This document shows positions 50,860-60,870 of a stretch of 64,000 nt of DNA, piece after piece. The position numbers and the translations under genes are program-made. Each line of letters begins with the position of its first letter. Position 1 is the first letter of the stretch. The notes under the pieces were generated by a model, which was not told where the DNA came from, made no database searches, and saw only the letters and a program-made list of their open reading frames with translations. The DNA is from a virus, in the IMG/VR virus record IMGVR_UViG_3300045988_179622; one strand, given 5' to 3'.

Positions 50860-50950
50860 TTCCTCTTTGTCACCTCACTTCACTTCACTTCACTTCATTT
50901 CACTTTATCTTTTCAGTTAATTTCCTTCTCCTATTTTTTTATTGTTATAT

Positions 50951-51661
50951 TTACTGTAAGTCTGGATAATACTTTGTTCCTACAGTTACATCTTGTAACT
51001 TTATTAAAGTTAATTCATCTAAACCTACCTTATAATAATCCCTGTCTACATTTCCATCTCCCCACATATGTAGAAAACTTTTTAATCTACCAAAAGTCTT
51101 CCCTAATGTCAATGTTACATCGGTTTCTATAACTACGGGACTTCCACATTGTCTCCTTAGTGTACCTGTATCTTCATCTAACAAGATTACTCTATCATCA
51201 CCTTGTATTACTCCCATAAACGGTATTTCAATACCCTCTGTTGAAACTACTGAACCTATATGTTTTAAATCTGTTTCTGATACTAAATTCTTAACTTGAC
51301 TGTCTGTGTATCTTGCTGTTGTAAAGGTACTTCCTCCTCCTCCAGTCGTTTCTGTCGATGGCACTAAAGTATCTGTTGTCATTGTCGCTCCTGATGTATT
51401 AGCCCATACATCGACACTTAAGTTAGACATCATACTACCTTCACTAGGTAAATCCTCTGCTAAACCCTTAAATATACTGACAATTTCTTCCCTCGGTAAA
51501 TAATTATACTCTGTGGCTACATCTATCAACTGTCTATGATATGTGTGTATTATATGTAACATATAAGCTGTCATTATTCCATACGAGATAAACATTATGA
51601 TAAATGTGTATGCAAAGGTCTTAAATAACACTTTAAATGTACCTGTAACTAAATCTGTCAA
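50951..51661 (-). CDS. membrane-anchored protein, paralog of 51827-52537 (possible minor pilin or pseudopilin)
   Basis: N-terminal TM. The C-terminus YYPDLQ is shared with the paralog (YYPDRQ). Confidence 0.4.
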   Translation of the reverse strand: MTDLVTGTFKVLFKTFAYTFIIMFISYGIMTAYMLHIIHTYHRQLIDVATEYNYLPREEIVSIFKGLAEDLPSEGSMMSNLSVDVWANTSGATMTTDTLVPSTETTGGGGSTFTTARYTDSQVKNLVSETDLKHIGSVVSTEGIEIPFMGVIQGDDRVILLDEDTGTLRRQCGSPVVIETDVTLTLGKTFGRLKSFLHMWGDGNVDRDYYKVGLDELTLIKLQDVTVGTKYYPDLQ

Positions 51662-51826
51662 CTTTTTCTACCTCCTCCCTTTTTATATTTATTTAACTAA
51701 TTGTCTTTGTCTTATTTTCCATTATTTCTTTCATTTTCTATTGTCTATTGTCTTACAACAACAAAAAATAGTTTACTCTGTAAATGTATTTGCACCTGCA
51801 CCTACCACCTACAACTGTTAATTTAT

Positions 51827-52537
51827 TTATTGTCTATCTGGATAATACCTCAAACAAGGAAAAGCATATTTACTCACTATCTCAAACCTAGAATTGCGAT
51901 AACCTATATCCTTTCCATTAAACCCTCTTTGTAATCTATTTGTACCATATGTGCTAAATAAACCTGTGTATTGTGTGATTGGTGTATCTATTCCTTTCCA
52001 TTCACTTACACCACCTACTCCCTGCATATCAGTTGAACCACTTCCATTCTCTCCATACACCGTATTTACTGTTGCATATGGTATGTAAGGCACAAACTTC
52101 CAAGTAATATATACTGGGTATACATCCCCAAATTGGTAATCTATTTGGTTCTCATCTGAATATACATTGACTGTCACATTATACTTTAAGTCTGTATCAT
52201 CTTCTGTTGTATAATTCCTATATCTTGTTGTCATAATGTTACAGTACCCGTCTTTTGTAATAGTAGTTGTATTCTGGTTGTAGTCACTCCCACCTATTAA
52301 CTTAATTTCAGACACATTCGCATTTAAACACTTTAACTGCATTGTCGCTAAGGCTGGAACATATTCTTTCTTTATTGTATTGTTCTCTGCAACTATCCTT
52401 TGTACTTGATACGCATAATCACTTAACTTAATTGAATTATTTACAAAAGCAACTACATTTAAAAACAAATAAACCAAAGCTATTACAACAGGTATTCGCC
52501 ACAAGGTCTTAAATACTACATATATAAAGTTGCTCAC
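51827..52537 (-). CDS. membrane-anchored protein, paralog of 50951-51661
   Basis: N-terminal TM and C-terminal RYYPDRQ. Confidence 0.4.
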   Translation of the reverse strand: MSNFIYVVFKTLWRIPVVIALVYLFLNVVAFVNNSIKLSDYAYQVQRIVAENNTIKKEYVPALATMQLKCLNANVSEIKLIGGSDYNQNTTTITKDGYCNIMTTRYRNYTTEDDTDLKYNVTVNVYSDENQIDYQFGDVYPVYITWKFVPYIPYATVNTVYGENGSGSTDMQGVGGVSEWKGIDTPITQYTGLFSTYGTNRLQRGFNGKDIGYRNSRFEIVSKYAFPCLRYYPDRQ

Positions 52538-52734
52538 TTATACCTTAACCTCCTTACTTAATAAATTTAACATTGCTGTTACTACTAATCATTCCACTAT
52601 AGTATTAGCTACATAGTATATGTAACATATGCCCTCTACTTAATTCCCCTCAATTATTAATTATTGCAAAATAAAAAAGCAGGTGGAAAACCACCTGCTT
52701 AAATGTTGATTGACTATCTATGTAATAGATTTAA

Positions 52735-52998
52735 TTAGCTATTCCATTCACTAGCACCACCTACTGAGAGTGTATCATCGGCTGCTGTAGACTTAGCTGC
52801 AGATGTAGCACCTGCTGCACCATCACCATTAAGGTCAATAGATGTACCTGTACCTGCCTTAATACCAGCTTCAACTTTACCTACAATCTGACCGATAAAG
52901 TTAGGGAATAAAACATTAACACCGAAAGCTACTAAGAGGATACAGATAATTGCTGTACCAAGAATCTTAAAAATATTCTTTACCATTTGGGTTTTCAC
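52735..52998 (-). CDS. small pilin-like protein with an N-terminal hydrophobic helix
   Basis: 87 aa. The hydrophobic segment IFKILGTAIICILLVAFGV is followed by a G/A/T-rich region. The promoter-like motif lies 36 bp upstream. There is no canonical Flp G/XXXXEY motif. Confidence 0.4.
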   Translation of the reverse strand: MKTQMVKNIFKILGTAIICILLVAFGVNVLFPNFIGQIVGKVEAGIKAGTGTSIDLNGDGAAGATSAAKSTAADDTLSVGGASEWNS

Positions 52999-53175
52999 CT
53001 CCTTTGAATTTTTATTTCACTATAATGAAACCTAATGCCCCCTAACAAAGGAAGTGCGAAACTCAATATTCAGTTGTACGATATATTGTATAATAAAAAA
53101 TCTACCCCTCTTTATTCGTCAAGGGATAGATTTACATTTAGTATCTTTATTTTATTTACTTTTTATGTATTTTAG

Positions 53176-54255
53176 CTACATAATTCCACTCATACCACCT
53201 ACTAAATCTGGAATATATATAGCCATAGAAGAAACTACTGCTTGAAAAAGTAAAACCATAATTATTGCTCTTAGTACCATATTTACTTTTTCTATGATTT
53301 TATCCCCTCTATCCTCTAACTCTGCCTTTCGTGCTGCAACTAATTCTTTTCTAAAACCTATAAGCTCTTGCTTTACATTAGCACCGTCATATATCTGCTT
53401 TATTAATCTCATTAATGTACCAACTTCTGCTATTTCTCGGTAGTCCCTAGCTATAGGCTCTGTTGCATTATATTCACCTAATGTGTCTATATGGTTTGTC
53501 CATATTTCAACCATTTCGTGCATTTCTGGTGAATCTGTTGTCTTCCTATAAGAAGCTAGAAGTGTTGGTATAGGAGTTTCTCCTCCCATATATAAAGAAT
53601 AGTGCAATACCAAATAAACATCCATAAAATTAGCTCTAATTTCTGCATCCTTAGAGGTTACTATTCCTCTTATAATTATCATTGGCATTGTTAGTATCAA
53701 CCAAATTGACACTACTGCCATTATTATTCCTACTGATGCAGATACAAAAACTGCTATAAATATTGATATTGCTAACAAAACACCCAAAGTAAACACCTTT
53801 AAAGCATTATATTCCTCTAAGTGTAACGAATTTCCGTTTGGCAATTTAAACCCTGTTCTTTTTAAGTTATAGTCCATATAGTCTTTTAACTGTTTATTAC
53901 TTCTAAAGATTGACTTTTCAGTCCACTCTGTAATACTGTTTATAAAAGACATACTTCGCATTACCATTTCATCTTTTCTTCTTATTCTAGCCCTAATTGA
54001 CATAGCATACTTAACACCATTTCTGCTTAGTGTTGTTATGTTATATTGCTTTGCTATCATTATAACTAGAATTGCTATTAAAAGAACGGCTATACCAAGC
54101 ACAATAAACGGAATAGCATTACTCATATCCACCATACGCCAATTCACAGCATTTGTTCTCTGACTTACCTCGACACTTTGATGTAAAATTTCTCCTCCTG
54201 CTCGCTCTCTAGCTACTGTTTTAGCTAATAAATTAATCATCTCTTGTTTCCTCAC
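53176..54255 (-). CDS. TadC-like (GspF-family) pilus assembly membrane protein
   Basis: Polytopic membrane protein immediately after the TadB-like gene. Confidence 0.5.
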   Translation of the reverse strand: MRKQEMINLLAKTVARERAGGEILHQSVEVSQRTNAVNWRMVDMSNAIPFIVLGIAVLLIAILVIMIAKQYNITTLSRNGVKYAMSIRARIRRKDEMVMRSMSFINSITEWTEKSIFRSNKQLKDYMDYNLKRTGFKLPNGNSLHLEEYNALKVFTLGVLLAISIFIAVFVSASVGIIMAVVSIWLILTMPMIIIRGIVTSKDAEIRANFMDVYLVLHYSLYMGGETPIPTLLASYRKTTDSPEMHEMVEIWTNHIDTLGEYNATEPIARDYREIAEVGTLMRLIKQIYDGANVKQELIGFRKELVAARKAELEDRGDKIIEKVNMVLRAIIMVLLFQAVVSSMAIYIPDLVGGMSGIM

Positions 54256-54313
54256 CGTCCTATTTTTATGTTTTTTCTTTTTTCTTCTTTATTTATATTT
54301 ATTCATTCTTTCT

Positions 54314-55324
54314 TTACAAAGCTATAGCCCTTGCTCTAGTTACATTTACGAACTGGAATATAATCAATAAAGCATCTATTAACAAGATAATCTGTCCTGC
54401 TGGATTATGTAGATAAAATTCCCTTAAAAACGGAAAAATAATTAATCCTGCTAACAAGAATATCCCAATACCACCAGCAGCTAAAGCAAATTCCTGCATT
54501 GCTTTTTCAAATTTTCTTTTCATTGTATTTCTGATACCTGTTTTTATAGTATTAATTTCTACTATATCTTGAAATGTTCCCAATAACCCTTTTACTTCTT
54601 CTGTTTCAAATACAATACATTTCTTAATAAACTCATCTGCAACTGAACCTAATACTGTATTTAATTCTTGTAATGCTGTTTTAATGTGATAGTTTTTATA
54701 CTCTACATTGTCAATAAAATCTCTAAATTCAGCTCTTACTTCCAAAGGCATAAGGTCTATAGAGTTCTTTACTGCTACCAATGTACCGTCCTTAATATTA
54801 TTACAGATTATATTTTCGCTTTCTATTATCGCTTCTATTCTAATATCGTGTGATACATTAGCCTTTGTATATAAACCACAACCTATCCCTATTAATGCAA
54901 TAGGAAACACAAAAATAGTTAAATAAACTGCATTAAATACTAAAGTTGAAACTGCATATGATACAGCTAAAGCACTAAACAACAATATCCACATAAACTC
55001 ATATGGTGTGCAACCTTTTGCTTTTAACCCTAAATCAATTATCATATCATTCAAAAACCTATACAGCTTTACCTTTTTTTCTTTTTCGTGTATCCTTCCT
55101 ATTAGTATATCTCTCTGTAACCTAGTTTCTTGTCGATTAATTAATACCCCTAAATATTTAAACCCACCTAAACTAAGTGCTACAGTTATCTTTCCTAAGT
55201 TTACATCTAATACCTTAACTATTGCAATTAAGCATATAAAAGCAAACATTATTGATATAATTACTGTTAAACCACTAAAACTAATTCCTTTAGCTAATAG
55301 TGCAAACAAACCATTCTGTAACAT
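54314..55324 (-). CDS. TadB-like (GspF-family) pilus assembly membrane protein
   Basis: Polytopic membrane protein downstream of the CpaF ATPase. Confidence 0.5.
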   Translation of the reverse strand: MLQNGLFALLAKGISFSGLTVIISIMFAFICLIAIVKVLDVNLGKITVALSLGGFKYLGVLINRQETRLQRDILIGRIHEKEKKVKLYRFLNDMIIDLGLKAKGCTPYEFMWILLFSALAVSYAVSTLVFNAVYLTIFVFPIALIGIGCGLYTKANVSHDIRIEAIIESENIICNNIKDGTLVAVKNSIDLMPLEVRAEFRDFIDNVEYKNYHIKTALQELNTVLGSVADEFIKKCIVFETEEVKGLLGTFQDIVEINTIKTGIRNTMKRKFEKAMQEFALAAGGIGIFLLAGLIIFPFLREFYLHNPAGQIILLIDALLIIFQFVNVTRARAIAL

Positions 55325-55354
55325 TATTCATTCACCTACCCCTAGTTTCTCACT

Positions 55355-56869
55355 TTACTTACCATAATTTATACCATATCCTCGTATATTTTCTCCTGTA
55401 TATGTTTCAGGAAGTTCATCTTCGGTAGGTGGTTCAGATATAAAATCAAATTGTGACTTTGTAACACCTTCTAATGCCATTCTTTCTTGCAATTCTTGTG
55501 TTAAGCAACCTACTCTCTTGTGGTAGCCTTTTATATCTTTTACAAAGCCATTCTCGTCAAACTCTGTTCCAGTTACAATAAACTTGTATAAGTCGTTTAT
55601 ATCAGCTGCATTTGGGTTATCATCCTTTACACCCACAACTTCACTTATCTGTATAATCTTTCTTGTACCATCCCTCATTATCTTCTGTACGATTACTAAG
55701 TTACACAGACTTGTTATATTATATAAAGCTAGGTCTGAGGGTTCATTCCCACTCTCAGCTAAGTATGCTGTCAAAAATCGTTTTATTGCACCTTCACTAC
55801 TTCCTGCGTGGAAGGTACAGTTAATTGGGTGTCCTGCCTGCATTATCTGCATCCCTAACTTAAATTCTATATTAGTACGCAATTCACCAAAACATACAAA
55901 TGTAGGCGATAATCTTAAAATATGTGTCATAATATTCTGCATTGTTGGGTCTTTAGGTGTTGGGTTTTCTACTTCCTTCGCCTCCAAATGAAGTACATCG
56001 TTATACACACGACCTGTAGCTGTCTTAAATCTAAGGTCGATTTCAGATGGGTTCTGTGCTAATACAGTTCTTGTATCTGCTGGCATTTCCTGTAATATTG
56101 CATTATTCATTGTTGTCTTACCTGATGATGTAGGTCCAACTGTCATCCAAGTTAATCCACCTCTTGGGCATAAGGACAATAATCGTGCCATATTATCGCT
56201 TAATGTACCAAACTTAACAATATCTCCTAAACCCATCTTGTCCTTTTTAAACTTTCTAAGTACAAAGGAATTATATCTAGGTGCATTAGGCTCTTGTGGG
56301 TCTGGTGACATAGCTGTAAAATGTACGGCTGCAATTCTATAACCCTCTACTGTTCGTGCATTAACCAAAGCATCTTTCGGAGTTAGTTTTACATCACCCA
56401 ACAGCTTACGCATTATGATTTCTTGCTGTTCAGGAGAGTCAAAAGAAACAATATTCCCCTCTGTGTCAGTTAAATCTTTAACCCTACCTTTTATTTCAAC
56501 TTTTATCTCTTTACCATTTGCTCGAATTTCATATACATCTGGATTTTCCATAGCTTTTGAGAGAATACCATAGTCTGTAATATCCTCTACTAATTTATCT
56601 ATTACTTTACCTACTTCCATTCTATTCCCAGAAGTATAGTTTTCTATGCTTACGCTTTGATTTTGATTTACATAATCTGTAATTAGCTTTTTAATAGCAT
56701 CTTTTTTGGCTTCTACTTCTAAATAACGATAATCATTACTATTATTCTTTATAAACTCTCTACATCTAGTAGTGTAAGCTTCCATTGTCATACTCTGTGT
56801 TGCTTCTTGCATTGACTTAGAATCTGCACCTCTAGCTACCTGTAGTCCTATCAACCTTTCTTGGTTCAT
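55355..56869 (-). CDS. CpaF/TadA-type secretion ATPase (VirB11/GspE family)
   Basis: Walker A GPTSSGKTT, CFGELR Asp/Walker B box and His box. AGGAGG ribosome-binding site. Confidence 0.8.
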   Translation of the reverse strand: MNQERLIGLQVARGADSKSMQEATQSMTMEAYTTRCREFIKNNSNDYRYLEVEAKKDAIKKLITDYVNQNQSVSIENYTSGNRMEVGKVIDKLVEDITDYGILSKAMENPDVYEIRANGKEIKVEIKGRVKDLTDTEGNIVSFDSPEQQEIIMRKLLGDVKLTPKDALVNARTVEGYRIAAVHFTAMSPDPQEPNAPRYNSFVLRKFKKDKMGLGDIVKFGTLSDNMARLLSLCPRGGLTWMTVGPTSSGKTTMNNAILQEMPADTRTVLAQNPSEIDLRFKTATGRVYNDVLHLEAKEVENPTPKDPTMQNIMTHILRLSPTFVCFGELRTNIEFKLGMQIMQAGHPINCTFHAGSSEGAIKRFLTAYLAESGNEPSDLALYNITSLCNLVIVQKIMRDGTRKIIQISEVVGVKDDNPNAADINDLYKFIVTGTEFDENGFVKDIKGYHKRVGCLTQELQERMALEGVTKSQFDFISEPPTEDELPETYTGENIRGYGINYGK

Positions 56870-56924
56870 TTATCTTATTTTCCTCCTCTCTTTTCGCTTT
56901 TAATTAATATTCTAATTACTTTAT

Positions 56925-57983
56925 CTATTTATCTTTAGTTTCTAATTCTTCCAATTTATCTACATCAACCTTTTTCTTCTTTTCCTTTTTAACGGATTTT
57001 TCCTTACCTAAATCTTTAACAATTCTTTCATATCCACCTAATCTCAATATTTCATCTAAAATGTTACCTAAATTAGTACAATAAGTTTTAGACTGAGGTG
57101 TGAAATTTGTACCTTTCTCTAAGTAAATCTCACTATTTAAACCACTTTCGATTATTTTCGTATCAAAAGGCAATACACCTAATAAAGGTAATTCTAGTGT
57201 GTTAAATATCCTTTTCGGATAAAATACATCTGTTTTTTTATTTAATATAACTTTAAATCTCTTTGGCGTTACGCCTTGGGCTGCTAAACTTCTACTTAAT
57301 GTATCAAAGTTAGCCACACAGTTAATCCCTTCGTCCCAAACTGTATAATAAGCATCTGAGTGATATAGTGCTGTACCTACAATATCAAAGGATAAATCCA
57401 AAGGACAGTCTAGCATAATAACATCAAATTGATATTTTATCTTTCGAAATGCTCTCTCTAAATTCTCAGACGCATTTTTAGAGTCTAAGTCCAAATAGTT
57501 ATATAACACTCTATCGTGTGATGCTAGTATAGACAGATTTCCTTTATTCACAATACTTTCACCTATTTCATTCTTTCCTTGTAAAAACGAAACTAAGTCT
57601 GGTTGGTTTTCTGTATATCTAATATCAAACAAATAAGGTATTGTCGGAAACATAATATTTAAGTCTATGAGTAGAACTGTTAAACCTTGCTTAGATGCTA
57701 AATAAGCTAGATTAGAGACTACTGTACTTGTCCCTACTCCTCCAGCACTTCCAATAAAACCTAAGATGTTATCTACTAACTTTAACTTTGTATCTGTGCC
57801 TTTTCCTGATAACACTTCCAAAGAAGTTTTTAATAAATCATCGGCTCTTTGGCTAAATGTCTTATTACTATTTTCGCTATCTTTATTGTTGTTATTGTTA
57901 TTATTACCACTAAATAAACGCATTTCTTTTTTCCTCCTTCTCTCTTTCTTTCTGTTATTTACTGCCAATACTACTACTGCCAA
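56925..57983 (-). CDS. CpaE/TadZ-like MinD/ParA-family ATPase
   Basis: GFIGSAGGVGTSTVVSNLA deviant Walker A. AGGAGG ribosome-binding site. Confidence 0.65.
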   Translation of the reverse strand: MAVVVLAVNNRKKERRRKKEMRLFSGNNNNNNNKDSENSNKTFSQRADDLLKTSLEVLSGKGTDTKLKLVDNILGFIGSAGGVGTSTVVSNLAYLASKQGLTVLLIDLNIMFPTIPYLFDIRYTENQPDLVSFLQGKNEIGESIVNKGNLSILASHDRVLYNYLDLDSKNASENLERAFRKIKYQFDVIMLDCPLDLSFDIVGTALYHSDAYYTVWDEGINCVANFDTLSRSLAAQGVTPKRFKVILNKKTDVFYPKRIFNTLELPLLGVLPFDTKIIESGLNSEIYLEKGTNFTPQSKTYCTNLGNILDEILRLGGYERIVKDLGKEKSVKKEKKKKVDVDKLEELETKDK

Positions 57984-58049
57984 TACTACTACTACTACTG
58001 TTGGTATTGTTTTGGTATTTGTTTACCGTTTATTTTATTTTGTTTTGTT

Positions 58050-58919
58050 TTATTCTGCTGAACGCTGTGGTAATGCACATTCAAATGTAGCTTGTTTATT
58101 CTTATAGTAATAATACCTTTCGAGTTCCTCTGGTGATAACGCTACTAACAATGTAGATGGTGTTGTCTGTGCCTTCCACGCAGTATCATTATCTAAAGCT
58201 GATTGTTGTGCTGCTGGTAAACTATTATAATATGTATATAAATCCAACACAGAGTCTCCTGAACCATTTAACATATCAGCTATCATAATGTCATTGAAAG
58301 CTAATTCTGACTTAACTGTCTGTAAACTTTTATCTGTAGATACTTTGTTACCATACCCATCATCTACACTACTGCTAGACTGAATACTATATGTTGCATA
58401 AATATTTACTGTGTCCCCAGGAGATAGATAACTCTTGTATGTACTTAATATATCGTTTGCAATATCGAAACTTACTACTTCTTTCCCTGGGTAAGCATAT
58501 AAAACTGTATTTTTATTACTACTCTTTGCACTAATAAACTCTCTATACTGTGCGTAATCTCCTTGCATTAACGGATATGCTGCGAACTTACCTACTACAT
58601 CTGGCACTTCTGAATATAACATTATTCTTTTCTTTGTTGTTCCGTCTTTCTGGTCTACAACTGCTAAGTTCTCATATTCTGTCTTTAGCATATCGTATCT
58701 AACGAACATATCCTCTGTTATTGCTTGGTTTTTATATACATTTCTATTGAGTACAGCTACTGTAACCTTTTGCTGTGTTAAAAATGCCATCCAAGACACC
58801 CATATAATTAAAGCTCCTGTTACGACAATTAAACCTGCTATTGTCATATTTTTTCGCATTGTATTCGCACCTGGACTTGTTATACCTGCAAGCCTATTTC
58901 GTTCTCTCTTTATCTTCAA
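58050..58919 (-). CDS. CpaB/RcpC-like pilus assembly protein
   Basis: Single N-terminal TM then a beta-rich SAF-like region. First gene of the cluster. Confidence 0.45.
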   Translation of the reverse strand: MKIKRERNRLAGITSPGANTMRKNMTIAGLIVVTGALIIWVSWMAFLTQQKVTVAVLNRNVYKNQAITEDMFVRYDMLKTEYENLAVVDQKDGTTKKRIMLYSEVPDVVGKFAAYPLMQGDYAQYREFISAKSSNKNTVLYAYPGKEVVSFDIANDILSTYKSYLSPGDTVNIYATYSIQSSSSVDDGYGNKVSTDKSLQTVKSELAFNDIMIADMLNGSGDSVLDLYTYYNSLPAAQQSALDNDTAWKAQTTPSTLLVALSPEELERYYYYKNKQATFECALPQRSAE

Positions 58920-59216
58920 CTTTTTATTCCCCCTTCAATAAATTAATATTTGCTATAACTAACAAACTAGCTAGATAAACTGATTTATTATTAATAATCA
59001 TAATTTATTATAAGACATATTTTTCTTCTTCTTCTTCTTTTACCTAGCTAGTTGGCTTTCTATCCCTATTTCTTTTCTATAAACCTAAATCTAAATCTAA
59101 ATATTTTGGCATTTATTTCCTTTTGTTCTTTTATGTATTTATCAATATCTTTATTGCTAATATTGACTTACTTACTTACTTAATCTTCTTTCTTTTTCTC
59201 TGTTTCTATCCATCTG

Positions 59217-60764
59217 TTAGTACAATTCCTTTGCATACACTACTAAACCTGAGATACTCCACTCTGGATATAGCAATATATATTCACTCTTTAATTCTAT
59301 GAAACCCAAACAGCCTATTCCATATATATCATATCTATATATTGTCTTATTTGTAATTGTCTTTTCTTCCTTAAATGGAAATTGTTTGTTTTTAAGCACT
59401 ATCTGTACTTGTTCAGCTGAGCATAATTTAGCGTTCATTAATGCGAGTTCATATATACTATGTGTTCTAATAAACACATCTAAGTCCTCCACATTTATAT
59501 GAAATTGTCCCTTTTCTATACCATCTCCTAGTGTAACAAGCCATTTTGTTGATATATTCTGTTCTTCTTCATAAACTACTTCAGCTATTTCTTCTAACTT
59601 ATTTGCTGGTAATTTATAACCAAATGCACCTTGATGTCCACCTACATAATAGCCTTGTGTTGGGTACTTTTCCTCTATGTATTTATTTATCGCATCATAG
59701 TAATTTACAGGGTATCTCCCTCTAAAACTACCTAAAGCACAACCATCGACTACAGAATAAACAAATGCACTCTTATCATATTTATCCTTTACCTTACTCG
59801 CTATTATTCCGTTATATGCCCCAGACACACCTTTGCCTGTCATATCTATAAATGTAGAAGTTTTGTATTCATTAGTCTTTTCAGCCTTTAATACTGCTTC
59901 TTCTTGTAACTTTTTATACTTCTCTTGCATTAGTTTATTTATATTTTCGGGTTCATTAACTGTCAAGTTTAATGCTATTGCACTATCCCCAGCCCTTATT
60001 GCTCTGTTTATTAAAGGAGCAAATGAATAATTTACATTAGACTTACTTAATGTTTCTCCATAAGCGTGTATAGTTTCTAATATAGCCTTTAAATTCTTTT
60101 CTAAATCTATTGCACATATTGACCTATCCAAGTAAAACTGATTTCTCTTTGTATCTAATGTAATTACATCTGTAAATAATGTAACTACTGCCCATTGATA
60201 CAGTTTATCTTCATATATCCACTCTGCTTCTCCTCTATATGCTAGATACGCCCTCAAAAACTCATAAACTACCAACCCACAACTCATTGTCTCTTTGTAA
60301 TTTTCTACGCTATTTATTATTGTAAAGTTTTCTTTTCTAAGTTCTCCTGTTGGGTTATGATGGTCTATTACTAATACAGGACAATTAAATTTACTTAATA
60401 TATCTTGCTTTCCTGAACTACTGTCTAAGACAATTAACAAATCTAGTTTCATTCCATTTACAGTCTCTACATATTTTTCTGTAATTCCGTGCTTCTTGTC
60501 CTTATTAATCATTAATATAGGCTTTATTCCATAATGCTTTAGGAACTTATTCATTATGTAGCCACTACCTATACCATCTACATCTACATCACTATGTATT
60601 GCTACTTGACTTAACCTACCTTTTCTAAGAACCATATCCAATAAATCAAATGCTATATCTTCATACCTAAAATTACATATGCAAGGTCTTTCTTGTGTCA
60701 TTCCTACAAGGCAATCATATTCTTTGTATATTCCCCTTAAAAACTTTTCAAATTCTTTTTCCAT
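59217..60764 (-). CDS. DHH-family phosphoesterase (RecJ/NrnA-like)
   Basis: DVDGIGSG, VIDHHNP (DHH) and GGHQGAFG (GGGH of DHHA1). Confidence 0.65.
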   Translation of the reverse strand: MEKEFEKFLRGIYKEYDCLVGMTQERPCICNFRYEDIAFDLLDMVLRKGRLSQVAIHSDVDVDGIGSGYIMNKFLKHYGIKPILMINKDKKHGITEKYVETVNGMKLDLLIVLDSSSGKQDILSKFNCPVLVIDHHNPTGELRKENFTIINSVENYKETMSCGLVVYEFLRAYLAYRGEAEWIYEDKLYQWAVVTLFTDVITLDTKRNQFYLDRSICAIDLEKNLKAILETIHAYGETLSKSNVNYSFAPLINRAIRAGDSAIALNLTVNEPENINKLMQEKYKKLQEEAVLKAEKTNEYKTSTFIDMTGKGVSGAYNGIIASKVKDKYDKSAFVYSVVDGCALGSFRGRYPVNYYDAINKYIEEKYPTQGYYVGGHQGAFGYKLPANKLEEIAEVVYEEEQNISTKWLVTLGDGIEKGQFHINVEDLDVFIRTHSIYELALMNAKLCSAEQVQIVLKNKQFPFKEEKTITNKTIYRYDIYGIGCLGFIELKSEYILLYPEWSISGLVVYAKELY

Positions 60765-60870
60765 TACTTACCTTTTCACACACTCTCTTTCTTTTTTCTT
60801 CTTTTGTTTTATTCTTTAGTCTAACAATTATATTAGTTATGCTTTATATATCTAATACTTTATATGCCCC

